A stretch of DNA of 64,000 bases, from positions 1-64,000 of IMG/VR virus record IMGVR_UViG_3300035661_000042; one strand, written 5' to 3'. Both the position numbers and the translations under genes were made by a program. Position 1 is the first letter of the stretch, and each line of letters opens with the position of its first letter. Source of the DNA: a virus. Positions 18,571 to 28,143 of the stretch are shown piece by piece. The notes under the pieces were generated by a model, which saw only the letters and a list, made by a program, of their open reading frames with translations, did not search any database and was not told where the DNA came from.

Positions 18571-18789
18571 TTATTCTTGTGGTGGATCCGAAGGATCCTC
18601 AATTACGGGAGCAGTGAGATCAACAGTATCACGCTTCAACTTTTTGATCCGACGCTTGAACTTCTGATCAATAAAAGCTTCCCGTGCTTGTACGTTTGTT
18701 GGTTTTGGTGCAGACGCAATCTGCTGTTTGATTTTGAGCAAGTCAAAATCAACCAACTGTCCTTTTGCGCTCTTCACTGGCTTTGCCAT
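18571..18789 (-). CDS. hypothetical protein (72 aa)
   Basis: GGAG SD; fits between neighbours. Confidence 0.6.
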   Translation of the reverse strand: MAKPVKSAKGQLVDFDLLKIKQQIASAPKPTNVQAREAFIDQKFKRRIKKLKRDTVDLTAPVIEDPSDPPQE

Positions 18790-18798
18790 ATATGTCTC

Positions 18799-19353
18799 CT
18801 ATTCGTGCAAAAAATCATCGATATCCAAATCGTACTTAAACGAATCTACGTCGTGCACTCCGATGATGTACAACACGTATGACGATACGCTACTCCCTCT
18901 ACCAACACCCCAGACGGTATTGGTAGCGGTTAGTGTATTTATGATCCAAATTATAGTGCGAATCACGTCAAACAGTTGATATTTGTTGTATATGACAAGT
19001 TCCTCTGCCAATCTACGCTCTCGCAGCGCAATTTCCGCAGGTGGTTCCCCTTCAAATAAAACACTGTGTGCCTTAAAGAGGTACTCAATCACATCCAACT
19101 TTTTGAATGAATCAGGAATCGTCCAATCATATGTCAGAGGATTACAGGTGTCCTTAACTTCGATCTGCTGGGCAACCGACGCGTGTCGATTGAATTCTTC
19201 TACTAATGGAGAGGGCTGCGTTACAAACCGGATGTCATGAAACTTGACCATACGCAGCAGAGCTGCTGGATCAAACGAAGATACACCATCGTACCACAAC
19301 ACTCTATCGTTGAGGTGGGTGTTAAGCAAATGGGGTTTTGTAACTATTTCCAT
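18799..19353 (-). CDS. stand-alone fragment homologous to DNA polymerase III alpha (DnaE)
   Basis: RLAEEL..VWGVGRGSSVSSYVLYIIGVHDVDSFKYDL matches the C-family GRGS motif region. Confidence 0.8.
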   Translation of the reverse strand: MEIVTKPHLLNTHLNDRVLWYDGVSSFDPAALLRMVKFHDIRFVTQPSPLVEEFNRHASVAQQIEVKDTCNPLTYDWTIPDSFKKLDVIEYLFKAHSVLFEGEPPAEIALRERRLAEELVIYNKYQLFDVIRTIIWIINTLTATNTVWGVGRGSSVSSYVLYIIGVHDVDSFKYDLDIDDFLHE

Positions 19354-19696
19354 TGGATGTATCTACGTCAGGAGCTCGTACCGGCTGCGCTCCACCAGTG
19401 GCGAATGGACCAGCTAATCCTTGTGGAGAAGAAGCAAGGCCGCCACTTGACATTCGAAGTTGTCCTGGATCACCAGGCATTGGTAGGGGCATTGGCATAT
19501 TTTCGGCCGCTTGTCGGAAGTGCTGCTGTTGTTGTGGTTGTGGTGGAGCTGATTCTTGCAGCCGTTCAATCATTGAACGAATACGAGTCCATTGACGAAC
19601 GCTCGGCACCCACTCCTCAACGTCTGCTGCAAATTCAACAGCTTCGATGAATGTTTTCAGTTCTGTTACTGTAACTGGTTTTGTGATGTCTGCCAT
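19322..19696 (-). CDS. hypothetical protein (124 aa)
   Basis: AAGGA SD; helical N-terminal domain and Q/P-rich tail. Confidence 0.6.
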   Translation of the reverse strand: MADITKPVTVTELKTFIEAVEFAADVEEWVPSVRQWTRIRSMIERLQESAPPQPQQQQHFRQAAENMPMPLPMPGDPGQLRMSSGGLASSPQGLAGPFATGGAQPVRAPDVDTSNGNSYKTPFA

Positions 19697-19721
19697 GGTA
19701 TGTCCTTTGTTTATCCTTTGT

Positions 19722-20435
19722 TTATCCGATTAGGCCGTGCAAAGATCGTTCAATTATTTGAATATCAACATTCAGTACTTCTGACCACCCAGAAAATGGT
19801 AATCGTTCTGATTGTCGATAGGTTGCAAACGTGCTTAACATTTGCTGTTCTGCTGACCACGCTTTTAGCAAAGTTGTGTTGTGACTAATGATGATCTCGT
19901 GGTCAACTCCACCATATCGTAATCGAAGTGAGCGCTTTGTTATACCTACTTTGTTGTATGTTCTACTATTTACGTTCAATTTTACAAGGTAGATCAAAGC
20001 TGATTGGCTGGCAAGGTTTTGATCAGCATCAAACATCCATTGTTTATATTTTCCAGCTGAAAAATGACACTTTGGACATCCTTGACGAGCACTTACGTGC
20101 ATGTTAGGGGTTTGCAAGAATGGTCCGTGGGTTTTACACCCTATTAGTACCTTTTGTCGATTATGAACGTAGTTTACTTCGTTATATGTGTAGGTATTTC
20201 CGTGAACCACTTGTGCTCGTTGCACAAATTCTGGTTTGGTCAAAAACTGCGATTGTTTTCGACAGTTAATGCATCCCAACACTTGCAGGTGTGAGTATGA
20301 ACGTTGGGTAAATATTCCATGAGTCGGGCAAAGAATTTCAATTTTATCATGGACTCTATGTTCACCAACCGCATCATATTGATACTTGTTGCCATGAACT
20401 TTCAGAGCGCGAATCTTGAATGTATCGTTATCCAA
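19722..20435 (-). mobile_element. free-standing homing-endonuclease-like gene (two Cys/His repeats plus GIY-YIG-like C-terminal domain)
   Basis: two HG.KY.Y..V......K..I.C.THG.F.Q....H....GC..C repeats; LIYLVKL..YNKVGIT; probable TTG start at 20435. Confidence 0.7.
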
Positions 20436-20916
20436 TGAGATCACCAACAATGATATCTTTGAGGTATTTGTTGTACGTATCGGAGGGGGATACGCAGATC
20501 CACTCGTCAGGTCCAATAGGATGGCACAACATTTGATGTTTGTTCAATGATGGGCCAACATTTTTGTGTTCAATGTAGTAGTTGGTTACTGTAATGATTT
20601 CTGGCGAGACGGCAGATTTCTTTGGTCCATATGTCAGCGCAGTGAACTGTCTACCAGCTGTTTCAGCAAGTTCAACGACATCCAGCTGGGCTGTCTCTCG
20701 ATCGTAAACAAGCACATTCCAATTTGCTGGAAGGGTAAACTGGAAACCCTTAATCAACACCTGAATTGAAGGACAAACAACTTCCTCCAACATCAACAAA
20801 GGTGCAAGGGTAAAGTCGAGCATTGACAGGTCCAGTACCCACATATGTTCTGTCATAGTGGGTCCGTGAATACTGTCAAGAATGATTGGTTGGGATTCGC
20901 CGTCAAATATAAGCAT
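20428..20916 (-). CDS. hypothetical protein downstream of uvsW (162 aa)
   Basis: intact ORF with AAGG SD in the uvsW operon. Confidence 0.65.
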   Translation of the reverse strand: MLIFDGESQPIILDSIHGPTMTEHMWVLDLSMLDFTLAPLLMLEEVVCPSIQVLIKGFQFTLPANWNVLVYDRETAQLDVVELAETAGRQFTALTYGPKKSAVSPEIITVTNYYIEHKNVGPSLNKHQMLCHPIGPDEWICVSPSDTYNKYLKDIIVGDLIG

Positions 20917-20934
20917 GATATGAGTGTACCTTGG

Positions 20935-22467
20935 TTACTCGGGTAAGTCAAGCAATGTCATTTGCTTAACGTAATCGATTTTGTGTTTCTTAAAGGGGTA
21001 TTGAGCTTCTTCGTAGTAGTTGGTTCGATGTTTCAAGTGCTTCTTGCTATACTTCAAGTCGCCACATATATCAGTGACTACAACAGAATCCTTGTCTGCT
21101 GCCTTACGAAGTCCTCGACCAATTCCCTGAATAACTCGAATGAATGACTTACCAACATCAACAAATACAAGGTTAAATATTCGGTTGATGTTCAATCCCG
21201 TTCCTGCAATGTGTACCGTTGCTATAACGACTAAATCATCGCGTGTCTTGAAAAGATCATAAATTTTAGTGCGTTCTGATACCTTCTTGACGTCCTGACC
21301 ATTGACAAACATAGCACCGGGAATGTAGGAGGCGAGTTTGCGTCCAAGGGGAATGCTGTCTACCAAACACATCACATTTCCCTTCTTTGAATCTTGCTTT
21401 GCAAGCAAGAACTCTGCAATCCACTCAATGCGCAGTTCGTTTCTGTGCAAGTATGACTTTTCCGATGCGAAGTCGGGGAAATATCCGTCCTTGAACTGAA
21501 TGTATGTCGGTGGCTTGCTTCCCGGAACGTCTTCATTGCAGAATGTGGCATATTCTGTCCGGAGATCCTCTTCCAGTTGAATGACATCAATGTGGATAGT
21601 TGACAACACTCCCATCTCTATCAACGTATGGGCAGGCATAGTAAATCTAACAGGGCCAACAGCAACGTGAACAGCCATCCGTTCAGCTTCATCTTTCGGC
21701 AACGTACCTGTAAATCCAAACCGGTACGGAAGACGCGATGCGTGATCACAAATGATTTTTGTCAGCACATTTCCACGTAGTCCATGACATTCGTCAACGA
21801 TTACCATTTGAAACATTTCGACAATCTTTGGATTGTTTTTCAGTGCTTGCCACGTAGAGACAACGTGCTTGTGATCTAACGTTTTAACAGCTCCACTGTA
21901 TTCGCCCGTATCAAGCCCGCAATTGATATATTCTGCCTTGGTCTGACGGATCAATCCTTGGTCAGGTACAATTGTCAGCGACTTTACACCAAGGTTGTCG
22001 TATGATTTAACCAGTGCTGAACACATCAATGTTTTCCCAGCACCAGTGCCCGCAAGACAAATTCCACTGCCAGCCTCAATCAATGAATTGACCCCTTCTA
22101 CTTGGTCTGCACGAAGGATTGTTGGCTTCCCCGTGTCAAGGTGAAGTATGTGGGAAAACACTCCATTATCGATTAAGTCAGGTGCTTGGGCTTGTGTTGT
22201 ACGTAAATCCTCAATGACAACGTTATATCCAAACTTCACCAATCTGGGAAGGATATCTTCTAACAAGTAAACAAATGTTTTTCCCGTCTTGTGAAAATAC
22301 CGAATCTTTCCGTCCCACTGTCCAAGTTTGAACCGAGGGTTGAAGAAATAGTTCGCAGCAGGCACAGCATACTTGTTGTACAGTTGTGTCAGATGATCTT
22401 CGTGAAGACCAACTAAAACTGCGGATACTTCGTCGAGGAGACGAATTTTACAATCAGTCTTTGCCAT
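20935..22467 (-). CDS. uvsW: UvsW-like SF2 DNA helicase
   Basis: WDGKIR, GTGAGKT, IVDECH, GFTGTLP, GTGLNI, QGIGRGLR. Confidence 0.95.
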   Translation of the reverse strand: MAKTDCKIRLLDEVSAVLVGLHEDHLTQLYNKYAVPAANYFFNPRFKLGQWDGKIRYFHKTGKTFVYLLEDILPRLVKFGYNVVIEDLRTTQAQAPDLIDNGVFSHILHLDTGKPTILRADQVEGVNSLIEAGSGICLAGTGAGKTLMCSALVKSYDNLGVKSLTIVPDQGLIRQTKAEYINCGLDTGEYSGAVKTLDHKHVVSTWQALKNNPKIVEMFQMVIVDECHGLRGNVLTKIICDHASRLPYRFGFTGTLPKDEAERMAVHVAVGPVRFTMPAHTLIEMGVLSTIHIDVIQLEEDLRTEYATFCNEDVPGSKPPTYIQFKDGYFPDFASEKSYLHRNELRIEWIAEFLLAKQDSKKGNVMCLVDSIPLGRKLASYIPGAMFVNGQDVKKVSERTKIYDLFKTRDDLVVIATVHIAGTGLNINRIFNLVFVDVGKSFIRVIQGIGRGLRKAADKDSVVVTDICGDLKYSKKHLKHRTNYYEEAQYPFKKHKIDYVKQMTLLDLPE

Positions 22468-22925
22468 TATAGAGTTGCATTTTGGATTGTTGCGATTCGA
22501 GCAGCTGTTAGGTCACGCAGCGCAAATCCTCGCTTGTCAAATGCGCTAACAGCATCGTCAAACTTATCGTGTAGTTCTGCAATTTCAAGGTACAGTTCAT
22601 TGATTTTGAGATACTCGTCTTCTGAATCAATAAAACTGTTCATTACCCGCTCACCAAGAGTCCGAGAGTAATTTTCAACATAGCGACGAGCAAGTCGCCC
22701 CCGGGCAGCAGACACCTGGGCGTCAAGGTACTTCATAATTGTTTTTAGTTCAGCTCTGCGCTGTGCATAAAAAATTGGCCACGTGCTTTGTTCGTTCAAA
22801 GCCTTATCGAGCGCCTTACCTGATAACCGAAGGTTCTCTTCAATCCCCTCGAAAGCTTCTTCAAATTCGACAATTAGTGTGGGAAGATTGGAGAATTTAT
22901 CTCCGAGGTCAGCAAGTCGGCTCAT
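22467..22925 (-). CDS. uvsY: UvsY-like recombination mediator
   Basis: helical 152-aa protein coupled to uvsW; FIDSEDEY..RGFALRDL resembles the UvsY C-terminus. Confidence 0.7.
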   Translation of the reverse strand: MSRLADLGDKFSNLPTLIVEFEEAFEGIEENLRLSGKALDKALNEQSTWPIFYAQRRAELKTIMKYLDAQVSAARGRLARRYVENYSRTLGERVMNSFIDSEDEYLKINELYLEIAELHDKFDDAVSAFDKRGFALRDLTAARIATIQNATL

Positions 22926-23434
22926 TGTGATGTCCCTTTGGTCAGTTGCTGAAAATACAGCAACTGCGTCATTTGTTCTTTTGTTAGTTCTGCAATGTTA
23001 AAATACTGTGGAATCTGCTTTTGCTCGGCCGTGAGAGGCTCTTCTGTCTTATTCCCCATTGCAACACTCATTAACCAACCCTTGATCGTTTCTTTTTCTT
23101 GAAATACAACTGTCAAAGGAATGCCAAGTGTGATCGTTCGTTGAATTTGGACAGGGTTTTCTCCTTGCACAGACGGCATCACCAACGTAAGAAATTGTGA
23201 CATCTCTTTTGCTGGACTATACGTGATTTCAGCACGTATTACCAATATGGATTGAACGACATCCATATCTTCCCACACAATTGCGTCGGTTGGCACATTA
23301 ACCAACTCAAATATTGCTGAAAGGACAGAAGGCGTCAATGTTTCAGCAATCTCTCGATTGCAAGCATTTCTGGCCTTCTGTCTCTTATCGAATAACCCCA
23401 ACAAGTGTTCGATTTGTTCTAAGTCTTTGCCCAC
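22922..23434 (-). CDS. hypothetical protein (170 aa)
   Basis: overlaps both neighbours in operon fashion. Confidence 0.6.
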   Translation of the reverse strand: MGKDLEQIEHLLGLFDKRQKARNACNREIAETLTPSVLSAIFELVNVPTDAIVWEDMDVVQSILVIRAEITYSPAKEMSQFLTLVMPSVQGENPVQIQRTITLGIPLTVVFQEKETIKGWLMSVAMGNKTEEPLTAEQKQIPQYFNIAELTKEQMTQLLYFQQLTKGTSQ

Positions 23435-24483
23435 ATTGCGTCCTGAATGTCAAGCACAAGTTGTGCTGCAAATTTGATGTTCGGTTTCTTTGGAAGTGAT
23501 GTCTTTGCGTACAAATTGACACGTACGTCATTATCCATCATTTCAGCGTATTCCACTACTTGCTCGTACGTCCAAGCACCATTTCGGATCGACAACAGTT
23601 CCTCTGCATCGGGACGCTTGACAAGCAGTTGTCCGGTTTGCAGTGCTTCTGCACCCATTCGAAGCAGACGAACCAAATGCATTGCATGCTTGGTATCGTA
23701 CCCAAATTGTTCTTCCAACGAACTACGCTTTTCATTGCGGTTCTTTTTCCACGTCCAGTAGTTCTCCCACGTTTCCTTCGCTGCAACATAGACAGAACGG
23801 TTGAACTTGACGATGAACAACGGTGTTCCGAGGGCGTGACTATCGCCTTCGTAATCGTCATTTAGTGCACCCGTCTCTTTGTTGAACGGACTGTACTTGT
23901 CCGCAGGATATACACCGTACGTATCACCACTAAACGGAACGAGACGGTGACCCCGTTCGTAATCCCGGAGACTGACCTTGAACGTCTTTGGACCTGTAAA
24001 ATTGTGGACGAGAGAGACAAAATCCACTTGCTGTGGACGTTGTTCAGATTGGGGCTGATTGATCCACTTATTGTGCCCTTTGATCCGTTTCAGTTGAGCA
24101 AGTGCATATCCACTCGTTGTGAATGCGATCTTGCTTGACAAGAGTTGTGGAGCGGCAGCACGCAGGATTTCATACGCAGGCGTGGTGTGTACGATGTCTT
24201 GACGATCAACCCACAACGATTCAACAACGTTTGGATTGCAGTCAAGTGCAAGCTTCATGAAGTTGGCAAGTTCGTAGATTACCGTATCCTCTTCCGACGT
24301 GTCATTGACTTCATTCAGGGGATAGAACGGCGTGCGTACATTAACTGGGTCAGCGCAGAAAATACCACGAAAATCAACATCAGACATGGGCAAGTTGGTT
24401 CCATACGAGATTGAACCTGCATAGTGCTTGACGATCAGATTATCTGTCATCAGTTGTTGTGCTGTTTTGAGTGTGAATGTCAT
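23419..24483 (-). CDS. Pol-beta superfamily nucleotidyltransferase (RlaP/Nuc-transf-like)
   Basis: GSISYGTNLPMSDVDFRGIF, NPNVVESLW, YDTKHAMHLVRLL, LLSIRNG. Confidence 0.85.
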   Translation of the reverse strand: MTFTLKTAQQLMTDNLIVKHYAGSISYGTNLPMSDVDFRGIFCADPVNVRTPFYPLNEVNDTSEEDTVIYELANFMKLALDCNPNVVESLWVDRQDIVHTTPAYEILRAAAPQLLSSKIAFTTSGYALAQLKRIKGHNKWINQPQSEQRPQQVDFVSLVHNFTGPKTFKVSLRDYERGHRLVPFSGDTYGVYPADKYSPFNKETGALNDDYEGDSHALGTPLFIVKFNRSVYVAAKETWENYWTWKKNRNEKRSSLEEQFGYDTKHAMHLVRLLRMGAEALQTGQLLVKRPDAEELLSIRNGAWTYEQVVEYAEMMDNDVRVNLYAKTSLPKKPNIKFAAQLVLDIQDAMWAKT

Positions 24484-24502
24484 TATGATTCTCCCAACGG
24501 GG

Positions 24503-24549
24503 AACGAGAGTAGAATACATATTGTACTCCACTCTCGTTGATACATCAA
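24503..24549 (-). promoter_or_regulatory. sigma70-like promoter (TTGATG-17-TACAAT) inside a 16-bp hairpin
   Basis: -35 at 24544-24549, -10 at 24521-24526; arms 24503-24518 and 24524-24539 pair with two G:U. Confidence 0.6.
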
Positions 24550-24555
24550 CAGATA

Positions 24556-25680
24556 TTACTCTGCTGTTGCCTTCTTTTTCCGCCTTGCTTTTGCAGTTCC
24601 TTCTTCGCCGTGTTCTGATTCATCCACTTCGAGATCAGATTCAGCCGTTCCTGCCTTTGTAGACAAGAACATTTGAGCCTTTGCCTCGGCTTTGATGAGC
24701 AGAGCTTCTGCGAACGGTCCAATGTCTGATTCGAAGAACCATTGACCGTCTTCGAGATAGTACCGTCCAGACTTCTTCTCGATAATTCCCAACGTTGTGA
24801 GAACATCTGCAAGACCTGAATAAGGATCCATTCCTGCTTCGTATGGAACTTCAACAGTAACCACCTGGAACGGCTTGGTGAACCGGGTCTTGTACCCTTC
24901 GCACTTCATATTGATACCAGTGATTTCCTTGGTGGCCTGTCCCTTGACAGCTTCACGCAGCTTCAACTTCGACAGCATAACGATTTGTGAGCATGCGTAC
25001 TTGACAGCATCGCTAACAATCCACACACCTTCGCCGTTGAGAACGTCTTGGTTCTTGTACACTTGTGACGTACATACCATTGCAACGTTCAGTGTCTTGA
25101 TGTCTTGAACAAACCCACGGAGCATCGCTTTCAATTGCTTATTGCGTTGTCCTTGATCGCCCTTTTGCACACCCTTTTCGTAGTTCTCTTGTTCCGTTTC
25201 TGTCATCAGCATATCGAGGCTGTCGATCAGGATTAGGACCTGTTCAGAGTCAGCATCTTCACCGCAAGCAGCACGGTATCCTTTGAGGAACTTTGAAATC
25301 ACATTCGTAACCTGGGCAATCGTTGTTACTTCGGCGTACATGTACTTGCCGTTGTTGACATCAACACCAATTTTACCCATGAAATCGTCGTCAAGAGCGT
25401 TTTCACTATCAACAACGAGAACCGTTGCACCAGATGCTTGCGCAGCCTTGACAAGGTTCGCTGCCAAGAAACTCTTACCAGCTCCGGATGCTCCTGCCAG
25501 GTCAGTAATACGACCTTGTGGAATACCCTTGAAGAAGCTGCCAGAAATGATCTTGTTCAGCACGTAGTTACCGGTAGAATACCAATAACGCGGAGGGAGA
25601 GCAGATGTGCCAACTCCTTCCATTTTTTCCAAATCCTTCTCGAACGCCTTCAAGAAGTCTGGTGTTACAGACTTTGCCAT
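24556..25680 (-). CDS. uvsX: UvsX/RecA-like recombinase
   Basis: STGNYVLNKIISG, GRITDLAGASGAGKS, VDSENALD, IDSL, KTRF. Confidence 0.95.
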   Translation of the reverse strand: MAKSVTPDFLKAFEKDLEKMEGVGTSALPPRYWYSTGNYVLNKIISGSFFKGIPQGRITDLAGASGAGKSFLAANLVKAAQASGATVLVVDSENALDDDFMGKIGVDVNNGKYMYAEVTTIAQVTNVISKFLKGYRAACGEDADSEQVLILIDSLDMLMTETEQENYEKGVQKGDQGQRNKQLKAMLRGFVQDIKTLNVAMVCTSQVYKNQDVLNGEGVWIVSDAVKYACSQIVMLSKLKLREAVKGQATKEITGINMKCEGYKTRFTKPFQVVTVEVPYEAGMDPYSGLADVLTTLGIIEKKSGRYYLEDGQWFFESDIGPFAEALLIKAEAKAQMFLSTKAGTAESDLEVDESEHGEEGTAKARRKKKATAE

Positions 25681-25702
25681 ATGTTTACTCCGTTAAATGA
25701 AG

Positions 25703-25724
25703 GGAGGTAGCCGAAGCTACCTCC
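25703..25724 (-). terminator. 9-bp stem with cUUCGg tetraloop between gp32 and uvsX (weak terminator or stabiliser)
   Basis: GGAGGTAGC-TTCG-GCTACCTCC followed by only a weak U-tract. Confidence 0.6.
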
Positions 25725-25734
25725 AAAGCCAGAA

Positions 25735-26688
25735 TTACTTGGCTGCGCGGCGTGCACGGATTTGTGCAAGCATTGCGTCAACGTCACTCGAACCCTCTTC
25801 TGTGACTGCTGCCTTGACAGCTTTCACAGGCTTTGGATCCGGTTCAAACGGAGGATCATCGTCTTCATCTGCTGGTGCAGCGGCACGAGCTGGTGCAGGA
25901 CGAGCTGCGACACGTGGTGCCGGTTCGCTATCACCAGACGATTCCTTGCGGCCTTCGTCTTGGTAATCTTCACCGTTCAGGTCAGCGTTCAGCATTGCAC
26001 GAACCTTCTCAACGCCAGGGTTCTTTGGCAGCAGAGTTTTCAGTTCGATCATCCCTTCCTCAACCACAACGAGCTCATCTTCCGATAATGAACGTTGCTT
26101 CGAGTGGAACTTCGTTCCCATTGTGTACGTTGAGTACTCACCCTGTTCCGTCTTCTTGATGATGAAGTCGTAACCATCTGCAAAGTCATCAGGTGATGCG
26201 TCCAGTGGATCATCTTCCGAAGCAAACGCTTCCTTGATGATGTTGTACAGCTGGTAGCCGAGGGCAATGTGCCGAACTTCACCTTGGTGAGTCAACCCAG
26301 TATCCTTATCAGCTGGCAGCGGATCTTCCAGTACAAGTGCTTGCGCAATGTACTGCTTCTTACGCCAGTACTTCTTGCCGTTGATCTTGTCATTGACCTT
26401 GTAATAGTCCTGTGACACCTTGCAGATCGGGCAGTCTTCACCGTACATGCTCAGGCATGCAACAGTCTTTTTCTGTCCATTGATCAAAAGGTTGTGGGAC
26501 ACCTTCTCTACCAAGAAGCCGCGAGAATTGCTCTCGTCCTTATCCGGCAGGAAACGAATGACGGCACGTTGTCCGGCCTTCATGTTCCAAAACGGGTAGT
26601 ACTTGTTGGTGAATTGTTCGCGAGGGCCAGATTGCTGATCGCCGAATTGGGCGCGAATGGCTGCGAGTTTTTCTTTTGCTGTTGACAT
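25735..26688 (-). CDS. gp32: single-stranded DNA-binding protein (T4 gp32-like)
   Basis: AVIRFLP, C..MYGEDCPIC, GYDFIIKK, acidic C-terminal tail. Confidence 0.92.
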   Translation of the reverse strand: MSTAKEKLAAIRAQFGDQQSGPREQFTNKYYPFWNMKAGQRAVIRFLPDKDESNSRGFLVEKVSHNLLINGQKKTVACLSMYGEDCPICKVSQDYYKVNDKINGKKYWRKKQYIAQALVLEDPLPADKDTGLTHQGEVRHIALGYQLYNIIKEAFASEDDPLDASPDDFADGYDFIIKKTEQGEYSTYTMGTKFHSKQRSLSEDELVVVEEGMIELKTLLPKNPGVEKVRAMLNADLNGEDYQDEGRKESSGDSEPAPRVAARPAPARAAAPADEDDDPPFEPDPKPVKAVKAAVTEEGSSDVDAMLAQIRARRAAK

Positions 26689-26851
26689 AATTTTTCTCCT
26701 ATTTCTGTTCTAGTTGTTGTTTGACTTCTCTTCTGTGAATCGATATGTCTACGTTCACATCTGCATACTATCTGTTCACATCTAATAAAAGTCAAGAAGG
26801 TTTGGGACCTCCCAAATTAAGGGTGCTTCTCACCCTATCTTTCGATGCTTG

Positions 26852-26859
26852 TATTTATG
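26852..26859 (-). promoter_or_regulatory. T4-late-like promoter (CATAAATA) upstream of the gp32 leader
   Basis: same ATAAATA motif in an intergenic region. Confidence 0.45.
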
Positions 26860-26886
26860 ATTGTTGTTGTAAAAGTAACCAATACT

Positions 26887-28116
26887 TTAAGCAACACCCA
26901 CAACTGCCGTTGCGATCAAAATGTCGAGAGTAGCATCATAGTATGCACGGATAAAGTTTGTTGCATTAGGTGTTGTAACAAACGTGGGCGGTGTGCCGCT
27001 GCCCCATTTCCACTTTGTACCAAAGGTGACTGCTCGGCCACCGCCGCCGTCTTGCCGAATGCGGATTTTCAACTCTTGACCATCCACCAAATTGATTGGG
27101 TTAGCAAGTTGCCGCGTCGCGCCCGCAACGTCAAGCACAACCTGAAAATTGTTGCTTATTCGTCCGTTGATTGTTATCGGTGATGCGTCGGTTAGCGTAA
27201 ACGGCATGACCGTCTGTCGTGTCCCCACAGTATCAACTGTGTACCACTGATTACTAGGGAAGTTCATTATGGATACACAGCCGCCGACTGGCAATATAAC
27301 TTCGCCGTTTAACACACCATCAAGATATTGACCAACAGGTGGGATAATTCTAATAACGTATTGGTTGAGAATGTCTGCTCGCACAAATGTGTAATTGAAC
27401 ACAAACGACCGGGCAAACTCGTCTACAAAAGTATTTGCGCCAGCCGGTAAGGTATATGTAGGATCTGAATTAACTGCGGAACATACTGTGAGATAATGAC
27501 CAAGACCTACAGGATTTGGAAAACTTGAGCCGGTAAAACTAAATCCAACACCGCTATGAGTCGTAATTATTGATTCCGCAGTGTTTTCCCTTTCACGGTA
27601 CCAGTCAAACGATCCACCATCGAGTGCATTTTGTGCTCTTGTAGTAGGTGCCCATGGCGCGTCCTGTGGTAAGATTTCTCTCAAAATATATGCATATTTT
27701 TGCTGGCTTGCCCACACACGGTCACCAGCAGTCCAGAGGGTACCTACTGGCGAATCAGCACGACGAGTGACGGTTGCTGTATCTGCGCCGCCGTTTATCG
27801 ACGCAATCACCCAGATTCCTTCGTCTGCCACTACACCATAGACGTATGTCATTAGAATTGATTCACCAACAGAGACGTTTGCAGCCCCAAAGAAGGGGGC
27901 GCCAGCAACACTAATTGTTCCTGTGCTAGGGGAAATCTGATTACCACTTGGAGCGGAAGCCCAGCTAACAGGTTCTCGTTGCTTTGGGTATTGATTAGAC
28001 CAAGTTCCACTTTGGTAAGTTAGTACTTGATTGGTTGCGGGTGCGGCAAGCGTTACCCCGCCAATGTCAGCCAGGTCTACGTCAACTTGCGATCCAGATA
28101 CTTTTTGTTGTGCCAT
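26887..28116 (-). CDS. putative tail-fibre/virion protein (409 aa)
   Basis: LADIGGVTLAAPATNQVLTY repeat, TLPA..YTF..LDG fibre module, C-terminal RQDGGGGRAVTFGTKWKW domain. Confidence 0.65.
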   Translation of the reverse strand: MAQQKVSGSQVDVDLADIGGVTLAAPATNQVLTYQSGTWSNQYPKQREPVSWASAPSGNQISPSTGTISVAGAPFFGAANVSVGESILMTYVYGVVADEGIWVIASINGGADTATVTRRADSPVGTLWTAGDRVWASQQKYAYILREILPQDAPWAPTTRAQNALDGGSFDWYRERENTAESIITTHSGVGFSFTGSSFPNPVGLGHYLTVCSAVNSDPTYTLPAGANTFVDEFARSFVFNYTFVRADILNQYVIRIIPPVGQYLDGVLNGEVILPVGGCVSIMNFPSNQWYTVDTVGTRQTVMPFTLTDASPITINGRISNNFQVVLDVAGATRQLANPINLVDGQELKIRIRQDGGGGRAVTFGTKWKWGSGTPPTFVTTPNATNFIRAYYDATLDILIATAVVGVA

Positions 28117-28135
28117 GAATTACTCCGGTGTTGGA

Positions 28136-28143
28136 TATTTATA
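28136..28143 (-). promoter_or_regulatory. T4 late promoter consensus TATAAATA
   Basis: exact TATAAATA 20 nt upstream of ATG 28116. Confidence 0.6.

Noticed and set aside
26765-26795. sigma70 promoter TTGACT..TAGTAT upstream of gp32
   Set aside because: The spacer is 19 nt, outside the usual 16-18, so it was not called.
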